32,000 bases of DNA from Brevibacillus gelatini (lineage in GTDB: Bacteria; Bacillota; Bacilli; Brevibacillales; Brevibacillaceae). Positions 22,550 to 31,244 of the stretch are shown here, in pieces. Both the position numbers and the translations under genes were made by a program. Each line of letters starts with the position of its first letter. Position 1 is the stretch's first letter. The DNA is taken from contig NZ_RHHS01000047.1 of NCBI RefSeq assembly GCF_003710935.1, positions 65,648 to 97,647 on the forward strand, in the 5' to 3' direction. The notes under the pieces were generated by a model. The model made no database searches. It was not told the DNA's origin and saw only the letters and a list, made by a program, of their open reading frames with translations.

Positions 22550-23761
22550 ATGAAAGACAGAATCTATTATCAAGATGCGTATGTGAGAACGTTTACGGCG
22601 CAAGTAATCAAGCAAGGCCGGGAAGAGGACGGTACGCCGTATGCCGTGCTCAGCCAGACGGCTTTTTACCCGACGGGAGGCGGACAGCCTGCCGATCTGG
22701 GCACGCTCGGAGAATGTCGGGTCATTGACGTGGAAGAAGTAGCGGGCGAGGTACGTCATCGGCTGGAAGCTCCGCTGCCGGAGGACTGCACGGAAGTGGT
22801 CGGTCAGATCGATTGGGACCGCCGCTTCGATCACATGCAGCAGCATGCCGGACAGCACATTTTGTCCGCCGCGTTTCTGGAAGTGGTGCAGGCGGAGACG
22901 GTCGCGTTTCACTTGGGAAAAGAACGCGTGACAATCGACGTCCGCCTGGATGAACTGACGCCGGACGTATGGGAAGCGGTAGAGCAGCGGGCCAATCAGG
23001 TCGTGCTGGAAAACCGTCCGATCATCGCCCGGTTTGTCGACGACGAAGAGCTGGCTGCACTGCCATTGAAAAAACAGCCGACGGTCACGGAAAATGTTCG
23101 CGTCGTCATCATCCCGGAGTACGACTACAATCCGTGCGGCGGCACACATCCTGCGCATACAGGCGAAGTGGGCATGATAAAAATTCTCGGCTGGGAGCGC
23201 CATCGCGGAAACATCCGGTTGGAGTTCATCTGCGGCTTGCGCGCTTTGCGCGATTACACACGCAAGCAGGGGGCTGTGCGTGAACTGGCAAAGCTTTTTG
23301 CAACCAGTGAAGCTGACCTGATCGCGCAGGCAGAGCGCGTGCTGGCCGAACGGGACAGCTTGAAAGCAAGACTCGTCGACGCCGAAAAGCAACTGCTGGA
23401 AGGCGAGGTCCGAAAGCAGCTTGACATGGCAGAGCAAGTGGGAGCAGCGCGGGTCATCACACAAGTTTTCCCGGACAAAACCATTCAGCAGTTGCAGCAG
23501 TTCGCCCAGCTTGCGGTCGCGGAGGCGCCGGACGTCGTATGCTTGCTGGCCGCCGCGACTGACGAGAAGACCCAGCTAGTATTTGCACGGGGTCAGGCTG
23601 TGAACGTCGCTGTCAATCAGCTAATCAAGGAGACGCTGCCGTTGATTGGGGGAAAAGGCGGCGGCAATCCGGCGATGGCGCAGGGCGGCGGTCAACCAGC
23701 GCCTGCTGTGGACGAAGTGCTGGCGCATGCCCGCAAGCTGCTTGCCGAGTCTCTGGTCTGA
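22550..23761 (+). CDS. alaX: alanyl-tRNA editing protein, AlaX-L type (tRNA_SAD editing domain plus C-terminal DHHA1-like domain)
   Basis: 403 aa. YYQDAYVRTFTAQV...TAFYPTGGGQPADLG is the AlaRS-like N-terminal barrel. The zinc motifs are HMQQHAGQHIL and CGGTH. The C-terminus carries GGKGGGNPAMAQGGG, as in the AlaRS/AlaX C-terminal domain. Confidence 0.85.
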   Translation: MKDRIYYQDAYVRTFTAQVIKQGREEDGTPYAVLSQTAFYPTGGGQPADLGTLGECRVIDVEEVAGEVRHRLEAPLPEDCTEVVGQIDWDRRFDHMQQHAGQHILSAAFLEVVQAETVAFHLGKERVTIDVRLDELTPDVWEAVEQRANQVVLENRPIIARFVDDEELAALPLKKQPTVTENVRVVIIPEYDYNPCGGTHPAHTGEVGMIKILGWERHRGNIRLEFICGLRALRDYTRKQGAVRELAKLFATSEADLIAQAERVLAERDSLKARLVDAEKQLLEGEVRKQLDMAEQVGAARVITQVFPDKTIQQLQQFAQLAVAEAPDVVCLLAAATDEKTQLVFARGQAVNVAVNQLIKETLPLIGGKGGGNPAMAQGGGQPAPAVDEVLAHARKLLAESLV

Positions 23762-23838
23762 CGGGCGAGTTGCGATTCGCGGCCAGGCCGCTTGCGCCTG
23801 GCCTCTACGATGATGGTTGATGCAAGGAGGAAACGACA

Positions 23839-24222
23839 ATGCTATGGAATCCCGGTGATAAAGTTCGCGTGACGCAGCGGACAGGAGAGTATATTGCGGA
23901 AGTGCTGGAAATTCACGATACGAAATTGTTGGTCAAGGTGCTAGCCGTGACGAAATACCCGCAGCAGGGCGACCTGCATACGGCCTACGAGGTGGATGTG
24001 CCGCTGTTTCACCAGCGCCCGGCGCTCTCCTACCAGGAAAAATTCATGACCCCGGCCGCATCTGCCATCCGCTACAACGGCGAAGTGCCCGACTACAAAG
24101 AGTCTGTGCGCATCGCGATGGAGCGGGAAATGGAGAAGCTGAAAAAAATGGCGGCCTGGTCCGAACGTTGCCTGGCTGTACTGGAATCGATGTACAAGGA
24201 AACCTTTACAAACACGAAATAG
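23839..24222 (+). CDS. kapB: kinase-associated protein B (KapB)
   Basis: GEYIAEVLEIHDTKLLVKVLAVTKYPQQGDLH...VDVPLFHQRPALSY...YNGEVPDYKESV is collinear with B. subtilis KapB (GVYIGEITA...VKVKAVLTHPAQGDLHHP...DVPFFHERKALAY...YDGEVPDYTESL). Confidence 0.85.
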   Translation: MLWNPGDKVRVTQRTGEYIAEVLEIHDTKLLVKVLAVTKYPQQGDLHTAYEVDVPLFHQRPALSYQEKFMTPAASAIRYNGEVPDYKESVRIAMEREMEKLKKMAAWSERCLAVLESMYKETFTNTK

Positions 24223-24261
24223 AATGGTACTGTAATACTCGAATGTACGACAATTTCATAG

Positions 24262-24367
24262 GCTTACTACCAAACGGGGGCCGAGCATCGTCGGCTGAGA
24301 TTGTAACGAGCGTGTTACTGACCGTTGAACCTGACCTGGGTCATGCCAGCGGAGGAAGAGGTATAGG
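24262..24367 (+). promoter_or_regulatory. TPP (THI-box) riboswitch aptamer
   Basis: ACGGGGGCCGAGC...GGCTGAGA...ACCGTTGAACCTGACCTGGGTCATGCCAGCGGAGGAAG carries the conserved CUGAGA, ACCUGA and GCCAGCG-AGG(G/A)A elements. P1 is probably TACC (24268-24271) paired with GGTA (24360-24363). Confidence 0.9.
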
Positions 24368-24440
24368 AATCGATTTCACGGTGCGGCAGTTGCGGCGTAT
24401 TTGCCGGAAAACTGCTGCCAGATGATGATGAGATCCACTC

Positions 24441-24467
24441 AACCATCCCACGGCGGATGGTTTTTTT
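24441..24467 (+). terminator. TPP-riboswitch expression-platform terminator
   Basis: AACCATCC (24441-24448), cacggc, GGATGGTT (24455-24462) running into T7. Confidence 0.8.
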
Positions 24468-24599
24468 ACTTCCATCTGTCCGAGCGGATGCGGATGGGAA
24501 ACGTATACGGCTTCCACCGTTTGACTGGAGTGACTTCCGGCAGGCGAGGGAAGCCGTTTTTTTGTCCCTCGACAGGTGCCACCAAGAAGGAGGAATACA

Positions 24600-24803
24600 A
24601 TGGTTGTTGTGCTGAACGGAAAAACAGCAGAGCTGTCGGCTGAAATCAACACAGTCCGCGACCTGCTCGCTTCGTATTCCCTGCAGGAGAAGATTGTCGT
24701 CGTGGAGCGCAACGGAGAAATCATCGACCGCTCCCGGTATGAACAAACGCCGATTGCAGACGGAGACCGCATCGAAATCGTTCATTTTGTCGGAGGAGGA
24801 TGA
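24600..24803 (+). CDS. thiS: sulfur-carrier protein ThiS
   Basis: 67 aa ending in VGGG (C-terminal Gly-Gly). ATG 24600 lies 5 nt after AAGGAGGA. The stop overlaps the thiG start (ATGA). Confidence 0.9.
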   Translation: MVVVLNGKTAELSAEINTVRDLLASYSLQEKIVVVERNGEIIDRSRYEQTPIADGDRIEIVHFVGGG

Positions 24804-25579
24804 CCAGCATGGATACATTGAAAATTGGCCCTTACGAGTTTCGTTCCCGCCTGTTGCTTGGGACCGGAAAATTCGCAGATTTGGAAACACAAGGAAAAGC
24901 TGTCGAGGTGTCGGAAGCGGAAATTTTGACGTTTGCGATTCGCCGTCTCAATTTGGAAAATCCGCAAGAGCCGAACTTTTTGGAACAGCTCGATCTGAAA
25001 AAATTCACTTTGCTGCCGAACACAGCGGGAGCTTACACGGCGGAGGAAGCGGTGCGCATCGCCCGTCTGGCGAAGGCTTCCGGCTTGTGTGACATGATTA
25101 AGGTTGAGGTCATTGGCGACCCGAAAACATTGCTGCCTGACCCGATTGGCACGCTGGAAGCGTCGAAAATTTTGGTGGAGGAAGGCTTTATCGTGCTGAC
25201 CTACACCAACGACGATCCGATTCTCGCCAAGCGCTTGCAGGAGGTAGGCGTGCATGCTGTCATGCCGGGCGCATCCCCGATTGGATCTGGACAAGGCATC
25301 CTCAACGAAAACAACCTCCGCTTCATCATCGAGGACGCCAAAGTGCCCGTTATCGTAGACGCTGGCATCGGTTCGCCAGCCGATTGTGCGAAAGCGATGG
25401 AGCTGGGCGCTGACGGCGTGCTGCTGAATACGGCTGTCGCGCTTGCGGACAATCCCGTGTTGATGGCCGAAGCGATGAAGCTTGGCGTGGAAGCGGGACG
25501 CAAAGGCTTCCTCGCAGGACGGATCGCGAAAAAGCGCTACGCATCGGCGAGCAGCCCGACAGAAGGGATGATCGAGTAG
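24800..25579 (+). CDS. thiG: thiazole synthase ThiG
   Basis: Near-collinear with B. subtilis ThiG ([74 protein letters not shown]). Confidence 0.95.
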   Translation: MTSMDTLKIGPYEFRSRLLLGTGKFADLETQGKAVEVSEAEILTFAIRRLNLENPQEPNFLEQLDLKKFTLLPNTAGAYTAEEAVRIARLAKASGLCDMIKVEVIGDPKTLLPDPIGTLEASKILVEEGFIVLTYTNDDPILAKRLQEVGVHAVMPGASPIGSGQGILNENNLRFIIEDAKVPVIVDAGIGSPADCAKAMELGADGVLLNTAVALADNPVLMAEAMKLGVEAGRKGFLAGRIAKKRYASASSPTEGMIE

Positions 25580-25580
25580 C

Positions 25581-26867
25581 GTGGACCGACTGACAGAAGC
25601 GGTAGAAGCGATTGCCAGCCGCAAAGAAGAGCTGTTTGCCCTTTTGGCAGAGCTCGTTTCCCATCCGACTGTTAGTCCGCCAGCGCGAAACAGCGATGCG
25701 GCGCAAACCGTACTCGCCAATCGGCTTGCAGCCATTGGCTTTGAGGTTGATCGCTGGACCGTTTACCCCGGCGACGACAATATCGTCGGACGACTGCCGG
25801 GCAGCGCTCCTGCCAAGGCGAACAGCCTGATTGTCAACGGGCACATCGACGTCGCAGAAGTCGGGGACGATGCGAGCTGGACGTATCCGCCGTTTTCCTT
25901 GACTCGCGGCGCGGACGGGCGGCTGTACGGACGCGGTGTAGCCGACATGAAGGGCGGACTGGCGGCAAGCCTGTTCGCCATCCAGATGCTGCGCGAGCAC
26001 GGCGTCGAGCTGGCAGGCGATTTGCTGTTCCAATCGGTGATTGGCGAGGAAGCGGGCGAAGCCGGAACGTTGGCTGCGCTCGAACGCGGCTATCAGGCGG
26101 ACTACGCTGTCGTTGTCGATACGAGCAACCTGCACATGCAAGGGCAGGGCGGTGTCATTACCGGATGGATCACGATTGAGAGCCCGACGACCTTGCACGA
26201 CGGGATGCGGGCACGGACGATCCATGCCGGAGGTGGCGTGCGCGGCGCGTCAGCCATCGAAAAAATGGCGAAAATCATCACCGCGCTGCAAGAACTGGAG
26301 CGGGACTGGGCTGTGATGAAGGCGTACCCCGGTTTCCCGGCTGGCAGCAATACGATCAATCCTGCCGTAATCGAGGGCGGACGCCATGCTGCGTTTATTG
26401 CGGATCGCTGCGCGCTCTGGATTACCGTTCACTTTTACCCGAACGAATCGTATGAACAGATCATTCGCGAAATCGAAGACCATGTCGGACGGGCAGCAGC
26501 GGCTGACTTGTGGTTGCGCGACCATCCTCCCGTCTTTCGCTGGGGCGGTCGCTCCATGATCGAGGATCGCGGGGAAATTTTCCCGTCCCTGGAGCTGGAT
26601 ACAAAGCATCCGGCCCTGGCGCAGCTGCAAGCCGCCTATGAGAGCGAACTGCACGCGGCGCCTGTGGTGGACATGTCGCCCACGGTCACGGACGCAGGCT
26701 GGTTCGCGCATGCCGGCATTCCTGCAGTGCTGTTCGGTCCGGGTGAATTGAAGTACGCCCATGCTGTCAACGAGTCGATTGATCCCGAACAGCTTGTCCG
26801 GTTTGCCCAGATCATGGCCCGCTTCATCGCTAGCTGGTGCAATACGTCAAAGGAAGAGAAGGAGTGA
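25581..26867 (+). CDS. ylmB: M20-family amidohydrolase; by context, YlmB-type N-formyl-4-amino-5-aminomethyl-2-methylpyrimidine deformylase
   Basis: 428 aa ArgE/DapE/M20 fold (LIVNGHIDV, GRGVADMKGG, GEEAGEAGT). Its position between thiG and tenA-thiZXY matches the formylaminopyrimidine salvage cluster. Function is inferred from family plus context. Confidence 0.7.
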   Translation: MDRLTEAVEAIASRKEELFALLAELVSHPTVSPPARNSDAAQTVLANRLAAIGFEVDRWTVYPGDDNIVGRLPGSAPAKANSLIVNGHIDVAEVGDDASWTYPPFSLTRGADGRLYGRGVADMKGGLAASLFAIQMLREHGVELAGDLLFQSVIGEEAGEAGTLAALERGYQADYAVVVDTSNLHMQGQGGVITGWITIESPTTLHDGMRARTIHAGGGVRGASAIEKMAKIITALQELERDWAVMKAYPGFPAGSNTINPAVIEGGRHAAFIADRCALWITVHFYPNESYEQIIREIEDHVGRAAAADLWLRDHPPVFRWGGRSMIEDRGEIFPSLELDTKHPALAQLQAAYESELHAAPVVDMSPTVTDAGWFAHAGIPAVLFGPGELKYAHAVNESIDPEQLVRFAQIMARFIASWCNTSKEEKE

Positions 26868-26876
26868 AAAGAGAGC

Positions 26877-27557
26877 ATGGCAACCTTTACAGACCGATTG
26901 TTGCGCAGTGTGGCTCCGATCTGGGAGCGCGTTCACCAGCATCCGTTCGTAACGGGTCTCGGTGACGGCACGCTTCCCGTGGAGTCGTTCAAATTTTACT
27001 TGAAGCAGGACTACATCTATCTGATTGATTACGCCAAAATGTTCGCGCTTGCAAGTGTGAAGGCATACGACCTGGAGATGAGCGCCCGGTTTGCGGCCTT
27101 GCAGGAATCGACGCTCAACATGGAGATGGAGCTGCACCGCCAGTATGCGGCCCGCTTCGGCATTTCCCGCGAGGAACTGGAAGCGACCGAGCCGTCCTTT
27201 GTCATGCTGGGCTACACCAGCTACATGCTGCGTGCCGCACACCAAGGCTCGCTGGCCGAGCTGGTCAGCGCGCTGCTTCCGTGCACGTGGAGCTACTGGG
27301 AGATCGGCAAGCGGCTGGCGCAGGTCGAAGGGGCGCTGGACCACGAGCTGTACGGCGAGTGGGTGCGCATGTACAGTTCGGACGAGTTCGGTCAGCTCGC
27401 GATCTGGCTGATCGACATCATGAACAAGCTGGCAGAAGGGAAAAACGAGCAGGAGCTGGCGAGACTGGAAGAGTATTTCGTCAACACCTCCAAGATGGAA
27501 TACATGTTCTGGGATATGGCCTATAGAGAGGAAATGTGGCCGTGCGCGATCAACTAG
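26877..27557 (+). CDS. tenA: aminopyrimidine aminohydrolase (thiaminase II) TenA
   Basis: HPFVTGLGDGTLPVESFKFYLKQDYIYL and the catalytic-Cys segment LLPCTWSYWEIG are TenA_C hallmarks. 226 aa. Confidence 0.9.
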   Translation: MATFTDRLLRSVAPIWERVHQHPFVTGLGDGTLPVESFKFYLKQDYIYLIDYAKMFALASVKAYDLEMSARFAALQESTLNMEMELHRQYAARFGISREELEATEPSFVMLGYTSYMLRAAHQGSLAELVSALLPCTWSYWEIGKRLAQVEGALDHELYGEWVRMYSSDEFGQLAIWLIDIMNKLAEGKNEQELARLEEYFVNTSKMEYMFWDMAYREEMWPCAIN

Positions 27558-28321
27558 CTTTTTCCAACGTCCGCTTTTCATACACAGGTACGCCGATTCT
27601 CGAAGACTTTGATCTGCGCGTGAAAAAAGGCGAGTTCGTCAGCTTGATCGGGCCAAGCGGGATCGGAAAAAGCACGTTGTTCCAACTGATCGCGGGACTT
27701 TTGCAGCCCGAACAGGGAGAAATCCGGCTGGGCGAGGAACGGATGGAACAGCGGTTGGGGCACGTAGGCTACATGCCCCAGCGCGATCTGCTCATGCCGT
27801 GGCGGACAATTGTGGAAAATGCAGCCTTGCCGCTGGAGATCAAGGGCGTGTCGAAAAAGGAAGCGCACGAGCGTGTCAGACAGGAACTGCCCCGGTACGG
27901 ATTGCAGGAGTGGGCAGACGCCTATCCTGCCCAGCTTTCCGGCGGCATGCGGCAGCGCGTCTCCTTTTTGCGGGCGCTTCTGTCCGGAACAGACCTGATG
28001 CTGCTCGACGAGCCGTTCAGCGCCCTCGATGGCATTACGCGGCTCGACATGCAGGAATGGCTGATGGAAAAATGGCAGGAGACAGGCAGTACGATGCTGA
28101 TGATTACGCACGACATCGACGAGGCGATCTTGCTCGCTGACCGCGTGATCGTCCTGTTGGGCAAGCCGATTCGCCAGCCAATCGAGCTGCACGTTTCCAT
28201 CCCTCGACCGCGAACGGTCGGCAGCCGGAATCAGCCCGGCTTTCTCGCCTTGCGCGAACAAATCTGGACCTTGCTGCGCACAGAACAGTCCAGGCTGCAG
28301 ACGCTGGGGAGGGAAGCGTGA
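27536..28321 (+). CDS. thiZ: ABC transporter ATP-binding protein (ThiZ-type; nitrate/sulfonate/taurine-like subfamily)
   Basis: Walker A is GPSGIGKST, the signature is LSGGMRQR and Walker B is LMLLDEPFSALD. The start is GTG 27536 or GTG 27542, overlapping the end of tenA. Confidence 0.8.
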   Translation: MAVRDQLAFSNVRFSYTGTPILEDFDLRVKKGEFVSLIGPSGIGKSTLFQLIAGLLQPEQGEIRLGEERMEQRLGHVGYMPQRDLLMPWRTIVENAALPLEIKGVSKKEAHERVRQELPRYGLQEWADAYPAQLSGGMRQRVSFLRALLSGTDLMLLDEPFSALDGITRLDMQEWLMEKWQETGSTMLMITHDIDEAILLADRVIVLLGKPIRQPIELHVSIPRPRTVGSRNQPGFLALREQIWTLLRTEQSRLQTLGREA

Positions 28322-29082
28322 TGACGAGAGGGTTTTGGTTCGGCACTTCCATCGCGCTCTTTTTCGTCGCCTGGGAGGCTGTGTGCCGCCTGCTGGCCGT
28401 GCCGCCGTTCATCTTGCCGCCGCCGAGCGCAGTCGTGCTCGCGCTGTGGGAGTTGCGCGACGCACTTCTCGGGCTGCATTTGTGGGCGACGTTGAAAGAA
28501 GTGCTGCTCGGCCTGTCTGTCTCGATTGTGTTTGGCGTTTTGCTCGCTTTTGCGATGAAGATGAGTCGAGTCGTCGAGCGACTGGTCTATCCGTATATTG
28601 TCATTTCGCAAACCGTTCCCATTATTGCATTGTCTCCTGTTTTTATTTTGTGGTTCGGATACGATTTGTCCGGAAAAATCGCGGTGACGATCCTGTTCAC
28701 TTTTTTCCCGATTGTCGTCAACACGTATGACGGACTGCGCTCTACGGACAAGGAGATGCTGCAACTGCTGAAAACAATGGGCGCTACCCGCTGGCAAATG
28801 TTCACGAAGCTGCAGTTGCCGTCGAGCCTGCCGCATTTTTTCAGCGGCTTGAAGGTGGCCGCGACTTACAGTGTCGCGGGTGCGACGATTGGGGAGTGGC
28901 TCGGTGCGAGCGAGGGGCTTGGCTACTTCGGCAGACGGGCATCGGGCAATTTTCAGGCACCTGCGCTGTTTGCCTCGGTCCTGCTGCTGTCTGTCCTGGG
29001 CATGCTGCTGTTCTGGCTCGTCGGGCGGGTCGAGCGCCGTCTGTCTCCGCATACCAAAACGAAACGCCCAATATCCAGGTAA
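28318..29082 (+). CDS. thiX: ABC transporter permease (ThiX-type)
   Basis: 254 aa with six hydrophobic segments and the EAA-like loop (MGATRWQMFTKLQLPSSLP). The start overlaps the thiZ stop (GTGATG). Confidence 0.8.
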   Translation: MMTRGFWFGTSIALFFVAWEAVCRLLAVPPFILPPPSAVVLALWELRDALLGLHLWATLKEVLLGLSVSIVFGVLLAFAMKMSRVVERLVYPYIVISQTVPIIALSPVFILWFGYDLSGKIAVTILFTFFPIVVNTYDGLRSTDKEMLQLLKTMGATRWQMFTKLQLPSSLPHFFSGLKVAATYSVAGATIGEWLGASEGLGYFGRRASGNFQAPALFASVLLLSVLGMLLFWLVGRVERRLSPHTKTKRPISR

Positions 29083-29108
29083 AAAAAGTAGGAGTAGGGA
29101 GATCAATC

Positions 29109-30146
29109 ATGAAACGGATGCATACATGGACAAAAACCATTCTGGCACTGACACTTGCCACTGGACTTGCTGCGTGCGGCAGTCAGTCCGGGACTGGCAC
29201 AACCACGCCGCAAGCACCGGCTCCGGCTGAAAATGCGGCGGAGCCTGCCGAGCTGACAATCGCGCTCGACTGGTATCCGAATGCGGTGCACTCCTTCCTG
29301 TACGCCGCAGAAGAGCAAGGCTTTTTCAAGGAAGAAAACCTCAAGGTCAACCTGCAAATGCCATCGGACAGCAATGATCCGCTGAAAATGGCGGCGGCAG
29401 GCAAAGTCGACCTGGCGATCAGCTACCAGCCGCAGCTCGTCCAGGCGCGCGCCGAAGGAATCCCGGTCGTGTCTGTCGCGGCACTCGTGCGCCATCCGCT
29501 CAACGTCATCATGACGCGCAAGGACGGCGACATCGACAGCCCGCAAAAGCTGGCAGGCAAAAAAATCGGCTATCCGTCCATTCCGCTTGACGAATCCATC
29601 GTTCGCCAGGTGGTCAAGCATGCGGGTGCAGACGACTCCGGCCTGTCCTTTACCGACATCGGCTTTGACATCGTTCCAGCCCTGACAGCGAAAAAAGTGG
29701 ACGCGGTCGTCGGCGGTTACATCAACCACGAGCAACTGATTCTGGAGAAAAACGGCATCCCGGTTCACGTCTTCAAACCGTCTGATTATGGCGTGCCGGA
29801 TTATTACGAGCTTGTGCTTGCGACCAGTGACGAGACGCTGGGCAAAAAGCAGCAGGCGGTCGAAGGCTTCCTGCGTGCGATTGGAAAAGGCCAGGACTAC
29901 GTGAAAAACAACAAGGAAAAGGCGCTCGACCTGTTGCTCGCCAAGCAAGCCGCCGAGTTCCCGCTGGAAAGAGACATCGAGACGAAAAGTCTGGACATCC
30001 TGATTCCGCTGATGGATGCGGGCGACAAGCCGTTTGGCTCCATGACAGCCGAGTCGTGGCAAACGTTGATCGACTGGATGAAAAAAGAGAAGCTGATTAC
30101 GACCGATGTGAAAGTAGAAGACATCATGCGTGATCTGCTGAAATAG
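29109..30146 (+). CDS. thiY: NMT1/THI5-like ABC substrate-binding lipoprotein (ThiY-type, formylaminopyrimidine-binding by context)
   Basis: ATG 29109 follows AGGAGTAGGGAGA. The lipoprotein signal is MKRMHTWTKTILALTLATGLAACG. The NMT1-like body starts LTIALDWYPNAVHSFLY. The track start 28896 is a 71-codon unsupported extension that overlaps thiX. Confidence 0.8.
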   Translation: MKRMHTWTKTILALTLATGLAACGSQSGTGTTTPQAPAPAENAAEPAELTIALDWYPNAVHSFLYAAEEQGFFKEENLKVNLQMPSDSNDPLKMAAAGKVDLAISYQPQLVQARAEGIPVVSVAALVRHPLNVIMTRKDGDIDSPQKLAGKKIGYPSIPLDESIVRQVVKHAGADDSGLSFTDIGFDIVPALTAKKVDAVVGGYINHEQLILEKNGIPVHVFKPSDYGVPDYYELVLATSDETLGKKQQAVEGFLRAIGKGQDYVKNNKEKALDLLLAKQAAEFPLERDIETKSLDILIPLMDAGDKPFGSMTAESWQTLIDWMKKEKLITTDVKVEDIMRDLLK

Positions 30147-30161
30147 ACAGAGCGAAAAAGC

Positions 30162-30237
30162 AAAACCCCCTGTTAGCCAAACAGCCTGGTACGAGCATGT
30201 TCTCGTTTTGCCAGGGTGAGGCTGGCGGGGGGTTTTT
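30162..30237 (+). terminator. compound terminator of the thi operon
   Basis: The outer stem is AAAACCCCC paired with GGGGGGTTTT. Inner stems are CCTGG/CCAGG and ACGAG/CTCGT. It ends in T5. Confidence 0.75.
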
Positions 30238-30258
30238 ATGTTAGCTTGCCATTGTCAG

Positions 30259-30333
30259 TTGACTGGAAAGGTTTTACATGGTATGTTTAAGTTAGTTATT
30301 TTGATAAATTTCTAAATATCTAATAAAGATATT
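30259..30333 (+). promoter_or_regulatory. promoter and candidate operator of the SdpR-like operon
   Basis: TTGACT (30259-30264), 17 nt, TGgTATGTT (-10 at 30282-30287). The inverted repeat AATATCT-N5-AGATATT (30315-30333) lies in the leader, 22 nt before the start codon. Confidence 0.5.
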
Positions 30334-30354
30334 CTGAAAGTAGGATCGATCATT

Positions 30355-30627
30355 ATGTCCATGAATCAAGCCTTTAAAGCGCTGTCTGATCCGACAAGGA
30401 GAAAGATTCTCGACTTGCTGCGGGAAAAAGACAGAACGGCTGGCGAAATCGCCGAACATTTTCAAATGACAAAACCGAGCATCTCCCATCACCTCAACCT
30501 GTTGAAGCAGGCGGAAATGGTCTTTGACGAGCGAAAAGGGCAAAACATCTACTACTCGTTAAATACGACCGTTTTTCAGGACCTGTTGAAATGGTTTATT
30601 CAATTCCATTCGAAAGAGGAGCAATGA
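30355..30627 (+). CDS. ArsR/SmtB-family transcriptional regulator, SdpR-like autorepressor type
   Basis: 90 aa. FKALSDPTRRKILDLLREKDRTAGEIAEHFQMTKPSISHHLNLLKQAEMV...GQNIYYSL is the winged-HTH of the ArsR family. No metal-binding Cys motif is present, as in SdpR. Confidence 0.85.
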   Translation: MSMNQAFKALSDPTRRKILDLLREKDRTAGEIAEHFQMTKPSISHHLNLLKQAEMVFDERKGQNIYYSLNTTVFQDLLKWFIQFHSKEEQ

Positions 30628-30628
30628 C

Positions 30629-31243
30629 ATGAAAATAACCCCGATGACTACTCTGTGTTTTCTTGCCAGCATCGCGATGGCGATCATTTGTTACCCCTCC
30701 ATGCCTGACCAAATGGCCATACACTGGGGAGTGAACGGCGAGCCGGACGGCTTTGCGCCAAAGATTATCGGCGTATCGTTTGTTCCGGTGATGATGGTGC
30801 TGATCTTCCTGTCGTCCCACTATCGCAAACAGAGCTATCAAAAGTTCCAAAGCAGCATGGACGCGATATGGAACACGCTGATGGTTGCGCTTCTCGTCAT
30901 CCACGGCCTTATCATCGCATATGGTTACGGATATATGGTAAACATGGCGACCGCCGCGACGCTCATTCTCGGAATGCTGTTCATTACCATGGGAAATTTT
31001 ATGCCGCGTTTTCGCCACAACTATTTGATCGGGATACGCACGCCCTGGACGCTGGCTAGTGAAAAGGTATGGAAAATGACCCACAAACTGGCGTCCCGTG
31101 TGTTTTTTATCGGCGGGCTGCTCATCGTCCTGACTGTATTTTTGCCGTCACCCGCTCACTTCATTGTGCTGCTGCTCATCATAGCGGCCACGATCCTTGC
31201 CGCGATCTGGAGCAGCTTCTACTACGCCAAGAGGAGGAAATAA
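30629..31243 (+). CDS. SdpI/YhfL-family membrane protein (DUF1648 + SdpI domains)
   Basis: 204 aa. It has MPDQMAIHWGVNGEPDGF (DUF1648) and NYLIGIRTPWTLASEKVWKMTHKLASRVF (SdpI domain). The start lies 2 nt after the regulator stop. Confidence 0.85.
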   Translation: MKITPMTTLCFLASIAMAIICYPSMPDQMAIHWGVNGEPDGFAPKIIGVSFVPVMMVLIFLSSHYRKQSYQKFQSSMDAIWNTLMVALLVIHGLIIAYGYGYMVNMATAATLILGMLFITMGNFMPRFRHNYLIGIRTPWTLASEKVWKMTHKLASRVFFIGGLLIVLTVFLPSPAHFIVLLLIIAATILAAIWSSFYYAKRRK

Positions 31244-31244
31244 C

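Noticed and set aside
28896-29108. N-terminal 71 codons of the track ORF for the binding protein. The track starts at 5005 (BASS), 16046 (brnQ), 20437 (yaaH), 31197 (CPBP) and 24576 (thiS) are the same kind of extension.
   Set aside because: The extensions overlap upstream genes or intergenic DNA. In each case they precede an internal start with a strong SD that yields the canonical N-terminus (lipoprotein signal, conserved family start).
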